DNA of 64,000 nucleotides from a virus: IMG/VR virus record IMGVR_UViG_3300034104_003304, positions 11,860 to 75,859 of that record; one strand, 5' to 3'. Shown piece by piece: positions 10,477 to 19,747 of this stretch (position 1 is its first letter; each line of letters starts with the position of its first letter). The notes under the pieces were generated by a model. It saw only the letters and a program-made list of their open reading frames with translations, ran no database searches and was not told where the DNA came from. The position numbers and the translations under genes were made by a program.

Positions 10477-11222
10477 ACTTCTCCGTCATAAAATTTTAAA
10501 TCTTTACCATCAAATCCCAGAGTGCCCTTTTTATCTAATATTTTGTCGTTGGAGTTTAGCTGTAGTGAGTCTGTGCATAATCTTTTAGCATCAAGTTTTG
10601 ATGTTCGAAGAGATAACTGTTTAGAATATGTTGTAATAACCTGTAAAATAGCGGCTATTAATTCTGGATTAGAGAAAAGTTCGCTAAATGGGATTGACTG
10701 AACATTGTTGTTTAGTCTTCCTAAGAATGAGAAATTATCTATCGCAACGGGGTTGGGGCAGAATGGTTCCGATGATGCTATTACACAATTAGAATTAGCT
10801 AATAATTCTAAATAAGAAGATGGCAGCACGGAGTGAGCTACTAAGTATTCGGGGCTATCGCATTTAAAATGATAAGGACCATTATTACATTGAGTTATTT
10901 TATTATTTGAGTTTAAGTATATGGGCAAGTGTCTTTTTAAGATAGTCTTATTATCTAAAGATTCTATGTGGCCAATACCATACTCTGAGATGATAACCTT
11001 ATTATTGTTACCTATCTGCTCAATATTATAGAAGAAACTACAGTCGTGCCCGAATATAGTTTGAAAAGAAGTATCTATATCTATAGTGGAATTAAGAGAA
11101 AGTGATATAGATTTATTAAATTCAGATAGGGCTTTTAGTCCCTTAAGTTCTAAATCGTTGTTATTATGATTGCTAACAGCTAGCTCAATCGCTGACGATT
11201 TGCTCGTTTTCAGATTCATCAT
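10440..11222 (-). CDS. Hypothetical protein
   Basis: 260-aa ORF in the operon. Confidence 0.6.
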   Translation of the reverse strand: MMNLKTSKSSAIELAVSNHNNNDLELKGLKALSEFNKSISLSLNSTIDIDTSFQTIFGHDCSFFYNIEQIGNNNKVIISEYGIGHIESLDNKTILKRHLPIYLNSNNKITQCNNGPYHFKCDSPEYLVAHSVLPSSYLELLANSNCVIASSEPFCPNPVAIDNFSFLGRLNNNVQSIPFSELFSNPELIAAILQVITTYSKQLSLRTSKLDAKRLCTDSLQLNSNDKILDKKGTLGFDGKDLKFYDGEVWRILEWRSCQE

Positions 11223-11352
11223 CCTTTTCGTCTTCCTTTAATAAATTTGCTATTGGAAGATCGGGCTTTGATAAATCTGCTAGAACGCTTTCGTTGAGTG
11301 CGGCTGTTGCCCTGCAATCCAATTGTGTTTCAATTATTCTCTTTGTAGTCAT
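11185..11352 (-). CDS. Hypothetical protein
   Basis: RBS AAAGGAG before ATG (MTTKRII...). Confidence 0.5.
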   Translation of the reverse strand: MTTKRIIETQLDCRATAALNESVLADLSKPDLPIANLLKEDEKDDESENEQIVSD

Positions 11353-11468
11353 ATTATAGTCTCCTTTTAATATTATACACACATGAGAATGATAGTACCG
11401 CAGGATTATGTTTGTTTTTAGTGTATAACATGGGGGTGGTTTTATTTTAAGCTAAAAGGAGTGAAATA

Positions 11469-12311
11469 ATGGGAAGACCAAAGGGTTCAAAAGATACTAT
11501 AAAAAGAAAATCAAGAAATCAATTTGGATTTGGGGAAAAAGATGCAAAAATTATTAAAGATTTACGTAATAGTCATCTCAATATGAGAGATATATCTAAA
11601 TTAACTGGGTACAGCGAGACTCAAATTAAATCGATTTGTAAAACTTTTGATATTAAAACAATAAATACTGTACTCTTATCATTAAAAAAAATTGTTGATA
11701 CAAAAACCAAGCAGTGTGGAGTATATGTTATAGCTTTACATAGAAATGATGGATATGTGGGTTACTACGTGGGGAGTTCAACTAATATAGGGGATAGGTA
11801 TAATAATCACTATTCTGCTCTTTCTAATGGAAACCATTATAATAAAAAATTACAAGAAGATTTTATGCAAATGAGCGCAATTAAATGTTATGTTTGGTCG
11901 ATTGAAGATGAACAAAATTTATTGAGAGAGGAATCAAAAATAATTAATAAATATTGTGGACTATATAATACTTGGCGCAACATTGCATTGGATGAAGTTT
12001 CTAAAATTTTAAAAATTGTGAGTGAAAGATTCACAGAAGATAAATATGAAATACATGAGTCAGGTTGCTGGTTTTGGAAAAAAACTCATAAAAATGGATA
12101 TGGTAGGGATATAAGTATCAGATACAATGAAAAATTATTTCATTTTAAACCACATAGAATATCGCTGTTTAAATATAATGGTATCTATCCAGAATTAGTG
12201 AGACACAAGTGTAATAATAGAAGTTGTGTTTGTCCGAATCATTTGGAGGGTGGATCGTATAAAGACAATAGTAACGATAGGACTCAAATGTTATCGGAGA
12301 GGTTTGAGTAA
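11469..12311 (+). CDS. Free-standing homing endonuclease-like protein with both GIY-YIG and HNH (His-Cys) domains
   Basis: GVYVI...YYVGSS...R..H and GCWFW...GYG...HR...VRHKCNNRSCVCPNHL...N. Confidence 0.8.
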   Translation: MGRPKGSKDTIKRKSRNQFGFGEKDAKIIKDLRNSHLNMRDISKLTGYSETQIKSICKTFDIKTINTVLLSLKKIVDTKTKQCGVYVIALHRNDGYVGYYVGSSTNIGDRYNNHYSALSNGNHYNKKLQEDFMQMSAIKCYVWSIEDEQNLLREESKIINKYCGLYNTWRNIALDEVSKILKIVSERFTEDKYEIHESGCWFWKKTHKNGYGRDISIRYNEKLFHFKPHRISLFKYNGIYPELVRHKCNNRSCVCPNHLEGGSYKDNSNDRTQMLSERFE

Positions 12312-12426
12312 TACATTAGATTTATTAATCTCCTATTTTGCGGTAGCCACCCCCAGTTTTTACGGGCGGCTGAGAAAATTGAATTTATAAGATAAAACCC
12401 CCCACACTACCCATCTTAACATAGGT

Positions 12427-12508
12427 CGTAAGTCCTTATTTATCAACGATTTAGGGTTTAGGTGTCCCGCCCGCCGCGTCGTAAGTCTTTATATACCAAC
12501 ACTTTACG
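12427..12508. repeat. 82-bp bipartite palindromic element, copy 1 (GC core reversed)
   Basis: Two CGTAA-N4-TTR-N5-YAA-N4-TTA(C/G)G arms 53 bp apart around CCCGCCCGCC. Confidence 0.9.
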
Positions 12509-12520
12509 TCAAGTTCGCGT

Positions 12521-12536
12521 AGCAAACGATGTGCCA
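12521..12536 (-). promoter_or_regulatory. Sigma54 -24/-12 site
   Basis: Reverse complement TGGCACATCGTTTGCT matches TGGCAC-N5-TTGCW. Confidence 0.7.
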
Positions 12537-12670
12537 TGTATTCTAGGAAAGATTTTTTGTCATTTGGCATGAAAATATATTTGAAAAAATCCAAAGATTT
12601 CGCTTGACGATGACGATATATACTGTATAATAGAAGTACAAGAGAGAACGATAGAGAAAAGGAAAAGAAA

Positions 12671-12886
12671 ATGAACAACAACGAAATCAAGCTGGGCGAT
12701 GTGGTGGTGTGGAACTTTGTGTTTGACAGGCCGGAAGATGATGGGGTTGTTGTGTCTGTCAAGGGTAATAAGGTGGAAGTGGAGTATAAGGGATACGTGA
12801 TGGGTGGTGGATCTAAGGTATATAGGGAATGGCTGAACGTTGACGAAATCATGCTGAAATCGGAATATGATTCGCAGTATATCTGA
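12671..12886 (+). CDS. Small early protein (SH3-like beta pattern)
   Basis: Upstream TTGACG-17-TATAAT and purine-rich leader. Confidence 0.6.
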   Translation: MNNNEIKLGDVVVWNFVFDRPEDDGVVVSVKGNKVEVEYKGYVMGGGSKVYREWLNVDEIMLKSEYDSQYI

Positions 12887-12896
12887 AAAATATTTC

Positions 12897-12933
12897 TAAG
12901 GTACTTGACACTGGCCAACCGATACTATATAAT
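12897..12933 (+). promoter_or_regulatory. Composite sigma70/sigma28-like early promoter (representative of about 20)
   Basis: TTGACA-17-TATAAT overlapped by TAAGG-16-ACCGATAC. Confidence 0.75.
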
Positions 12934-12967
12934 ACAGAGACAAGAGAAAAGGAAAAGGAATAGAAAA

Positions 12968-13171
12968 ATGGAAAAGGTCAATAGCGTAAACGGTTTCATC
13001 AGCAGTCTCCCCAAGATTCGCAAGCGTAGAATCTGGAAAGTGATCATCAACGGTACAGTTGTTCAAGGTGTTTCCGCTGATGATAATCGCAAATCAACTG
13101 CACAAGCGTATATCGCAAACAAGTATCCCGGTCAGGTTTTCACTCTGGAATTTTCTCACTGGAAAATCTAA
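12968..13171 (+). CDS. Small early protein, paralog A
   Basis: FISSLPKI..WKV..NGTVVQ..DNRKS.AQ.YI..KY.GQ shared with 13804-14022. Confidence 0.75.
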   Translation: MEKVNSVNGFISSLPKIRKRRIWKVIINGTVVQGVSADDNRKSTAQAYIANKYPGQVFTLEFSHWKI

Positions 13172-13211
13172 GGTACTTGACAACCCCTTGCCGATACTAT
13201 ATAATACAGAC

Positions 13212-13358
13212 ATGAACAACACAAAGAAAATGATTTACTGGAATACTTCTAATCGCACGGGCGACCGATATGAGGTATGGTATGATGGTAAGGTAGTCGC
13301 ACGACACATTACGTTCAATGAATGTTGGAATCTTGTTCAGTCTCTCCAAGCTAAGTAA
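13212..13358 (+). CDS. Small early protein (near-leaderless transcript)
   Basis: ATG lies a few nt after the TATAAT of a consensus promoter. Confidence 0.5.
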   Translation: MNNTKKMIYWNTSNRTGDRYEVWYDGKVVARHITFNECWNLVQSLQAK

Positions 13359-13517
13359 GGTATATAGAATGATTACGATTATAGAATATGTTCAGTTGTT
13401 TGCTCTTATCGCATGTTGTGCGTTTATCACCTATACGGTACATGAGATAGGTAACGCCGTACATTCAATGCTGAACGATTGAATAGGTATACGAATGTAT
13501 ACTCCATAAAGACTCGA

Positions 13518-13599
13518 CGTAAACCCTTGGTAGATAAGGACTTAGGGCGAATCGGGCGGGCCAAATTTGACGTAACTCCTTACGCCACAACGACTTACG
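13518..13599. repeat. 82-bp element, copy 2
   Basis: Arms at 13518 and 13571; core GGGCGGGCC. Confidence 0.9.
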
Positions 13600-13634
13600 A
13601 CGTATTTCCCAATATAATCGGGTAGCGCCGCATA

Positions 13635-13669
13635 TGGCATGAGAGTTGCATATAGCAAATGGTGTGCCA
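13635..13669. promoter_or_regulatory. Convergent pair of sigma54 sites
   Basis: TGGCATGAGAGTTGCA (+) followed by the reverse complement of TGGCACACCATTTGCT (-). Confidence 0.65.
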
Positions 13670-13803
13670 AACTGAGGTATTCTAGAGGAAAACAATGTCA
13701 AATTCTCTTGACAATATTCTTGGGATTTTTCGCTTGCAATTTAAAGAATCCTTGGTATAATGTCGATATAAGAAGTAAGAGAGAAAGAAAGAGAAAAAGA
13801 AAA

Positions 13804-14022
13804 ATGGAAAAAACCACTAACATCAACAGTTTCATCAGCACCCTTCCTAAGATTGCTCAAAAGAAGGTTTGGAAAGTAACCGATCAAAATGGTACGGTTG
13901 TTCAGTATGTTGGAGCTACCGATAATCGGAAAAGCTCTGCACAAACGTACATCAATGAAAAGTACGTTGGTCAAAATCTTACCCTAACGTTTTCACACTT
14001 TAAGGGATTGATGACCCTCTAA
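13804..14022 (+). CDS. Small early protein, paralog B
   Basis: Clear similarity to 12968-13171. Confidence 0.75.
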   Translation: MEKTTNINSFISTLPKIAQKKVWKVTDQNGTVVQYVGATDNRKSSAQTYINEKYVGQNLTLTFSHFKGLMTL

Positions 14023-14272
14023 TATGGGGGATTGACGGCAGGAAAAACTTTATAGAATAATGGAAAGAAAAGAGAAAATGGAAATGACAGTGTTTTACGT
14101 TTCGGATTGCTGCAATGTTGAAAGCAACAAAGATTATGAGATTTGCTCACAGTGTGGCGAACACTGCCAAATCATCGTAGACGATAGCTGCGAAAAATAA
14201 TTATTTAAGGCTTGACAACTAAAAAGACGATGCTATAATAGAGAAAAGAACAAAGGACAAAGGAAAAGAAAA

Positions 14273-14560
14273 ATGATGACGCTTGACAAGGTTATGGCAG
14301 GGGTTCGACAGGTTTTCGGGAGTGATTCCCACAAGGTGCGAGTGATTCAAGCCGGATCGTCGTTCAAGGTTGAGCCGAAAGAAATGATCCACGATGGGGT
14401 GTGGATTCGTTCAGAGGGTGCTATCGAAACCCAAATCAATAATCTTTTCTATGATATGGCTTGTGAAGATTGTGCGGATGAGGCGGATTATATTCCCGGC
14501 CTTGACGATGGCGAATGGGATTCGGATGAGGATTGCTGTGGTGAAGAAGAATTTGCCTAA
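14273..14560 (+). CDS. Small early protein with acidic C-terminus
   Basis: Own consensus promoter at 14212. Confidence 0.6.
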   Translation: MMTLDKVMAGVRQVFGSDSHKVRVIQAGSSFKVEPKEMIHDGVWIRSEGAIETQINNLFYDMACEDCADEADYIPGLDDGEWDSDEDCCGEEEFA

Positions 14561-15087
14561 GCCTTGACAACATAAAAAACCGATGATATAATTAGAGAAG
14601 AACAGAGAACGCTAACTAAGGAAAAATGATGAAACTTTCAGAAGTAGACATTGCCATGATCGCTTACAACACTTTCGACGCGAACAACGGCCTGACCCTT
14701 GAAAACTTGGAAGAAATTAAGGAAACTAAATGAATTACGTTTCAGTCTGGATCATGGGAATGATGCTTAAGGGGATGGAAACGATATGCGAAGTGTGGCA
14801 GCGTTTCAAGGAATATGATGAAATGCAATCCAAGGGATACATTCTTTTTAAGAATGGCAAACGGGATGATTTTTGGGCTGGACATGGCGACTAAAACTAA
14901 GAGGTGAACGGATGTACACTTTTGACTTTACAAGTATCGTAACGGGCTATATTCTGGGCGTTTTCCTATGCTGGACAACTGTTCAAGCAATCTATCTACA
15001 GGACAAAGATGAAGACTAAACGCATGTACACTGTATGGATGATCACCTTCATTCTGGGGTGTTTTGCAACTTATCTCGTAAACTAGA

Positions 15088-15169
15088 CGTAAACCCTTGT
15101 CAGATATAGACTTACGACTAGGCGGGCGGGCCGGATTTTTCGTAAGTCCTTACGTGCCAACAACTTACG
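15088..15169. repeat. 82-bp element, copy 3
   Basis: Arms at 15088 and 15141. Confidence 0.9.
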
Positions 15170-15366
15170 TCAAGTGCCTTGTGATGATGCTTTTTTAGGC
15201 ACACTATATGTAGCGTAGTGCAAAATGCTACACTCTTGCGTATTTCAGCCAAAAACGCTAACGCAAAATGCAAAACTGTGCAGCAAAATGCTACGCCTAA
15301 AATCTAGGCACAAAAAGTAGCATAGTGTTTTCCCCGTGAAAAACGCACAAAAAATATTTTTCCGAT

Positions 15367-15382
15367 TGGCACGGGAAGTGCA
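15367..15382 (+). promoter_or_regulatory. Sigma54 promoter for the ORF at 15438
   Basis: TGGCACGGGAAGTGCA (GG-N10-GC); no TTGACA upstream of this gene. Confidence 0.6.
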
Positions 15383-15437
15383 TTTATATATGGATAGAAA
15401 AGAAGAAAAAAGAAGAAAGAAAGAAAAGAGAAAGAAA

Positions 15438-15626
15438 ATGAATATCAAGACTTTTACCGAATCCCTCAAACCAGTTTACATTTACGATCATATGGTTCAT
15501 ATGAAGAATGGAAAAGCCTATAGGGTTTATCGTTGTGGTAGTGATCGTGCAGTTTACGAGTACATGAGTGCAAACGGTTTCGATACCAAAGAAATCGTAA
15601 AAATCGATCTGGTTGCCAAAAAATAG
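15438..15626 (+). CDS. Small early protein
   Basis: Purine-rich leader then ATG. Confidence 0.6.
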   Translation: MNIKTFTESLKPVYIYDHMVHMKNGKAYRVYRCGSDRAVYEYMSANGFDTKEIVKIDLVAKK

Positions 15627-15862
15627 GGCTTGACAAATAAAAAAAGTGTGGTATAATGTTAGAAAGAAAGAAAGAGAAAGTTATGATTGATAGAGAAAAA
15701 ATGATTGCTGAAATTCAAGAAAGTTTCGCCAAGATTGGTGCAAAGCCTCTTAGCGAAAAGAGACTCAATGAAATCATTGATGAAGAAATTGCAAGATTCA
15801 AGGCTTGACAACTAAAAGCCGATACTGTATAATAGAAAAACAAGAAAGAAGAAAGAAAGAAA

Positions 15863-16177
15863 ATGAAAAACAAGTTTCCTATCATCGAAAACGCAAAGCG
15901 TCAAGCCCGTCTGTGCTTCCTTGGGATTGCACTTCCCACAGTTGTCAAGAGCATCGATGGAGAAATGGTGCAGGTCGAAAAGGTAATCAAGTTCAATCGC
16001 ACCGCTCTAAAGAATATCGGAAAGCGTAAAACTGAAAACGTCGATCCGCGATATGTTGGCGGTGAAGATAAGATGATTGTCAAGGTAGGCAAACCGGGTA
16101 GTCGAGAGAGAGTGGAAGAATTGGCTAAACAGTATAGCGTGGTCATGAGACATGAACTGAGCGCTTTCGAGGATTGA
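15863..16177 (+). CDS. Hypothetical early protein
   Basis: Own consensus promoter at 15805. Confidence 0.65.
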   Translation: MKNKFPIIENAKRQARLCFLGIALPTVVKSIDGEMVQVEKVIKFNRTALKNIGKRKTENVDPRYVGGEDKMIVKVGKPGSRERVEELAKQYSVVMRHELSAFED

Positions 16178-16530
16178 GGGGGTTTTGGTAAGATAGGCAA
16201 TCTAGGTAATTTGCATAAGCTGGGAAGTCTCGGCCAATCTGGCCGGATAAGATGTTTTGAAGCGTAGCCAGCGAAAAGCCTAAATTTTATACTTGACAAA
16301 AGACGATAAAGAGTATATAATGAGAGAACAGAAAGGGAAATGATGGACTCTCTAACATTAAAAGAAGTAGCAAAGATGGCCCGTGAGAATGATTTGCATA
16401 TTCTTATCAAGTCTGAGGGATATGCGTTATGTGATGACAATTTTAAAACATTGCTAGTCACAAACAGTCTTCGTAACATGGTATGGTATATTAACAACTG
16501 CGAAATCCTTGGAATTGTAAAGGTATAAAT

Positions 16531-16779
16531 ATGTACAACGGATATGCAAATTATCAAACGTGGAATGTATGTTTGTGGATTAGTAACGATGAAATGTTGT
16601 ATGGTCTAGCACAACGTTGTGAGTCTTACGAGCGTTTCAAGATTTTTCTGCGTGAAGTTTTTGAACAGCATCCCGTTAGATTCGAAACGCCCGATGGTGT
16701 GGCGTGGAATGATAGTGGTATTGAACTGTCAGAAGTGGAAAAATATTGGGAAGAAAGTTTTTCTACAGTCGAAGCTTGA
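16531..16779 (+). CDS. Small phage protein (YNGYANYQTWNVCLW motif)
   Basis: N-terminal YNG.NY.TW...W motif seen in phage hypothetical proteins. Confidence 0.65.
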   Translation: MYNGYANYQTWNVCLWISNDEMLYGLAQRCESYERFKIFLREVFEQHPVRFETPDGVAWNDSGIELSEVEKYWEESFSTVEA

Positions 16780-16844
16780 CAACTGCCGATCTATACTGTA
16801 AGATAGCGTAAGTGTTTTTCAATTAGCAAAAGAGGAATTTTAGT

Positions 16845-17234
16845 ATGAGTGATTTTCTGGTGATTTGTTTGGTTGCTGCTGTTGTTTTCTGTGCGACTTT
16901 TTATTGTGTGTATCGTGGAGTGTACGGTTCGCTGTCCTCCGCGAGTCTTGGTGAAGTTTATAACTTTCACTATCTTCAGCCTCTCACGGGAGAGTACGAG
17001 CGTTATCTTGCTAAGGTAATCTCTAAGCGTGATATGAAAGATCATATTCACAGGTTGAATGTAACGAGTGACTATCGTTTGCACGATAAAGAGTTTCAAC
17101 GTACTAACACGCTTGTAACTTGCGAATTGTCAAACGGTGAAATTCGTAACTTTTATGCTGAACGTGTTAAAGATTGTTACAGGTCTATCTTTGGTAGACT
17201 TTTGTACAGTACGGGCATGGCTTGCATGTTCTAA
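16845..17234 (+). CDS. Hypothetical protein with N-terminal TM segment
   Basis: Hydrophobic N-terminus; RBS GAGGA. Confidence 0.6.
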   Translation: MSDFLVICLVAAVVFCATFYCVYRGVYGSLSSASLGEVYNFHYLQPLTGEYERYLAKVISKRDMKDHIHRLNVTSDYRLHDKEFQRTNTLVTCELSNGEIRNFYAERVKDCYRSIFGRLLYSTGMACMF

Positions 17235-17252
17235 AGATTCGCCAAAAGTAGC

Positions 17253-17334
17253 CGTAAACCCTTGCCACCAAAGGACTTACGGCGAATTTGGCCCGCCCCG
17301 CGAATCGTAAACCCTTACGCACCAACGACTTAGG
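17253..17334. repeat. 82-bp element, copy 4 (core reversed)
   Basis: Arms at 17253 and 17306; core GGCCCGCCCC. Confidence 0.9.
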
Positions 17335-17345
17335 GCAAGTGGTGA

Positions 17346-17361
17346 CGCAAAAGCTGTGCCA
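17346..17361 (-). promoter_or_regulatory. Sigma54 -24/-12 site
   Basis: Reverse complement TGGCACAGCTTTTGCG. Confidence 0.65.
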
Positions 17362-17445
17362 AAAATATTCTGAAAATTCTCTATAGATTTCCCTTGACAT
17401 GGCCGATATATCCTATATAATGAATTACACAAGGAGAAAGAAACC

Positions 17446-17616
17446 ATGCGATACGATTTTGATGATGTCAACGCGATTCTCTCTGCTCTTGCCGATGCGG
17501 ACATTGTGGAACCGGTGGTCGAGCCGATTGATGATCCTAGCGTGGAAGTTGATTTTTGGGATTGGGCCGATGTGGTTGGTGTGGTTGACGAGTTTGTTCC
17601 AGAGGAGTACGTGTGA
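17446..17616 (+). CDS. Very acidic small protein
   Basis: RBS AAGGAG; MRYDFDDVNAIL...EEYV (below the ORF track cutoff). Confidence 0.6.
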   Translation: MRYDFDDVNAILSALADADIVEPVVEPIDDPSVEVDFWDWADVVGVVDEFVPEEYV

Positions 17617-17685
17617 TGCCGATACTGTTTATTGTTGCTTACTTTTGTTTTTTCTATCTTGCAACCATTATTGAGGACTAATAAC

Positions 17686-17922
17686 ATGAGCCACCCTGAC
17701 CCGTTGTTCGATGCCGATAACTCTTACGAGGATGATGACATGGAAATCCATGATGATACCGCTGATGCTCTATATGATGATTACCACGACTTCCATAATG
17801 ATAGCATGGATGGCGATCACGATTCCGCGATGACTTCCTGCGGATGGGGAACCGATGAGAATTACGGTCATTATGGTGATGACATTGAATCTTTCCACGA
17901 TTACTATGGAGATGATTGCTGA
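17686..17922 (+). CDS. Asp/His-rich acidic small protein
   Basis: RBS GAGGA; SMDGDHDSAMTSCGWGTDENYG. Confidence 0.65.
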   Translation: MSHPDPLFDADNSYEDDDMEIHDDTADALYDDYHDFHNDSMDGDHDSAMTSCGWGTDENYGHYGDDIESFHDYYGDDC

Positions 17923-18326
17923 TGAACTATCGCAAAATTGCTACCGGTATGATCGAAGCAACGTATGATAATTATAAGGATTGGAAAAAGAATGAAGACT
18001 TTGACTTGATTGAAGAATTGAATGCTCACAATGATGACATTCCAGTATGGCGTGACATGAGTGACAATACTAAGTGTGCCGCTATTGAGTATGTATACAA
18101 GAATCGTAAGACTATTGAGCTACACTCTGGATGTGTTGAGGCTTGGGTTCAAGCTACGGCGTATTTCATGTTGTATAGCTGTGCTACTTGTATGATTCAC
18201 GACGGAGAGCCATCTTTAGAAATGTTTTTTGATGATATGGATTTCATGATGGATGAAGACATTCTTGAAGATAGTGATGTTCAAGAGGCGTTGGGAATTA
18301 GTTCTGATTTTACTGGTAAGTTTTAA
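17916..18326 (+). CDS. Acidic hypothetical protein
   Basis: Operon packing. Confidence 0.6.
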   Translation: MLMNYRKIATGMIEATYDNYKDWKKNEDFDLIEELNAHNDDIPVWRDMSDNTKCAAIEYVYKNRKTIELHSGCVEAWVQATAYFMLYSCATCMIHDGEPSLEMFFDDMDFMMDEDILEDSDVQEALGISSDFTGKF

Positions 18327-18339
18327 ATAGAAAGTATAT

Positions 18340-18576
18340 ATGAACATTGGATATCAAAAATTTGTAGAGTTTGATAACGGCTATACCGCTAGCGTTGTAT
18401 GTAATGATATGAGCTACGGTAGTGATCGTGGACTATTTGAGATTGCAGTATTAGTAAACAATGAGATTGTATACGATACGCCCGTTGCTCACGGTGTAGT
18501 CGGCTTTCTTGATTTTCAAGAGGTAGCAGACACACTCAAACAAATTGAGCAACTTCCTAGACGTAAACCCTTGTGA
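18340..18576 (+). CDS. Hypothetical phage protein (FDNGY.ASV...SYG...GLFEIAVL)
   Basis: Recognisable phage motif; stop codon lies inside element copy 5. Confidence 0.7.
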   Translation: MNIGYQKFVEFDNGYTASVVCNDMSYGSDRGLFEIAVLVNNEIVYDTPVAHGVVGFLDFQEVADTLKQIEQLPRRKPL

Positions 18577-18643
18577 ATAAAGGACTTACGACTCGGCGGG
18601 CGGGGGAAATTTGTCCTAAGTCCTTATCTGACATATACTTACG
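18562..18643. repeat. 82-bp element, copy 5
   Basis: Arms at 18562 and 18615. Confidence 0.9.
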
Positions 18644-19130
18644 ACGAGTTTTTGATTAAAGAAAGTGCTTGACAGGTGTCGATACATAGGGTAGACTACA
18701 CTAGGAGGATCATATGAGTAAAATTGTAGACGATAGAGAGTATGTGCAACCTGAGCAGGATACGATAGATTTTCTGGTTTACGCAGAATATATAAACTGG
18801 CAACTTAGGCAAATTGGGCAAGATGTGAGAGATGCGATATCTAGGCAAGATGGGCAATCTGGGTAAGATAGGGGGTTTGGGAGGTTTGGGTAAAGTGGGG
18901 AGTATTTGCTAAACTATACCGGTCATATGTTTTTCCGCATAGTCAGCCAAAAGGAGATTTTTATGAAGAATGTTCATGTGTATGATATCCTGTCAGAAGA
19001 TGGTGTTGCCCTTCAAGATCTGATTATCCCTATGGATATTGGATATGAGTGGATGGACGTTTTTGAGAAGGTTCAAGGAGCATACCTTGACAACGTAGAG
19101 AGCTACAGTTATACTGAGATTTGACGGTTC

Positions 19131-19203
19131 GGGTCATTAGCTCAATCGGCAGAGCATCGGACTTTTAATCCGTAGGTTGAAGGTTCAAGTCCTTCATGAC
19201 CCA
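19131..19203 (+). tRNA. trnK: tRNA-Lys(UUU)
   Basis: GGGTCAT/ATGACCC acceptor, CT-TTT-AA loop, TTCAAGT T loop. Confidence 0.92.
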
Positions 19204-19276
19204 TTGACATTGTTAAGGATTGTGAGTATAATATGAGGATGCGTCGTATTCACAAATATGAACTAAGGAGTAGGTT

Positions 19277-19531
19277 ATGTCTTGGCGAGATGAATTCTTT
19301 TTCTATAAGGGATATAATTGCAGGATCGAACACGAATACGAAGAAGATAACATCAAAGCATGGCATATCGTGGTTGGTCCAGATGGTAAAGAAATTACTG
19401 CCGACATAACTCCTTATGACAGTTCTACTGAAACACTACGCTTGTGGATTGACGCTGGTATGCCTAAACGTATTAACAATGGACCACTTCATCGTGAAGA
19501 ACTGGAGAAGATGATCTATGAGCGAGCCTAA
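19277..19531 (+). CDS. Hypothetical protein
   Basis: RBS AAGGAG. Confidence 0.6.
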   Translation: MSWRDEFFFYKGYNCRIEHEYEEDNIKAWHIVVGPDGKEITADITPYDSSTETLRLWIDAGMPKRINNGPLHREELEKMIYERA

Positions 19532-19673
19532 TGTCTATTATATCTATAACGAATACGTATTGGGCGACGTAGATTATTATGAGGATATCTACGAAGAAAT
19601 TATTGAGTATGATGACTCCAATGAGTGGTACAATATTGATGAAGCGGAGGCTGATGTTTGAGTTGCGATGGTT

Positions 19674-19746
19674 GCCGATGTAACTCAGTTGGTAGAGTAG
19701 CAGTTTTGTAAACTGCCTGTCATCAGTTCGATTCTGATCATCGGCT
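19674..19746 (+). tRNA. trnT: tRNA-Thr(UGU)
   Basis: Cloverleaf, GCAGT-TT TGT AA-ACTGC. Confidence 0.92.
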
Positions 19747-19747
19747 C

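Noticed and set aside
12311..12420. C-run-rich late/early boundary as genome terminus or pac site
   Set aside because: Plausible position, but nothing in the sequence alone supports it; needs read-end data
15901..16557. 218-aa minus-strand ORF with an LP-repeat segment
   Set aside because: Overlaps plus-strand genes and promoters; the repeat is the reverse reading of the 9-nt GG tract
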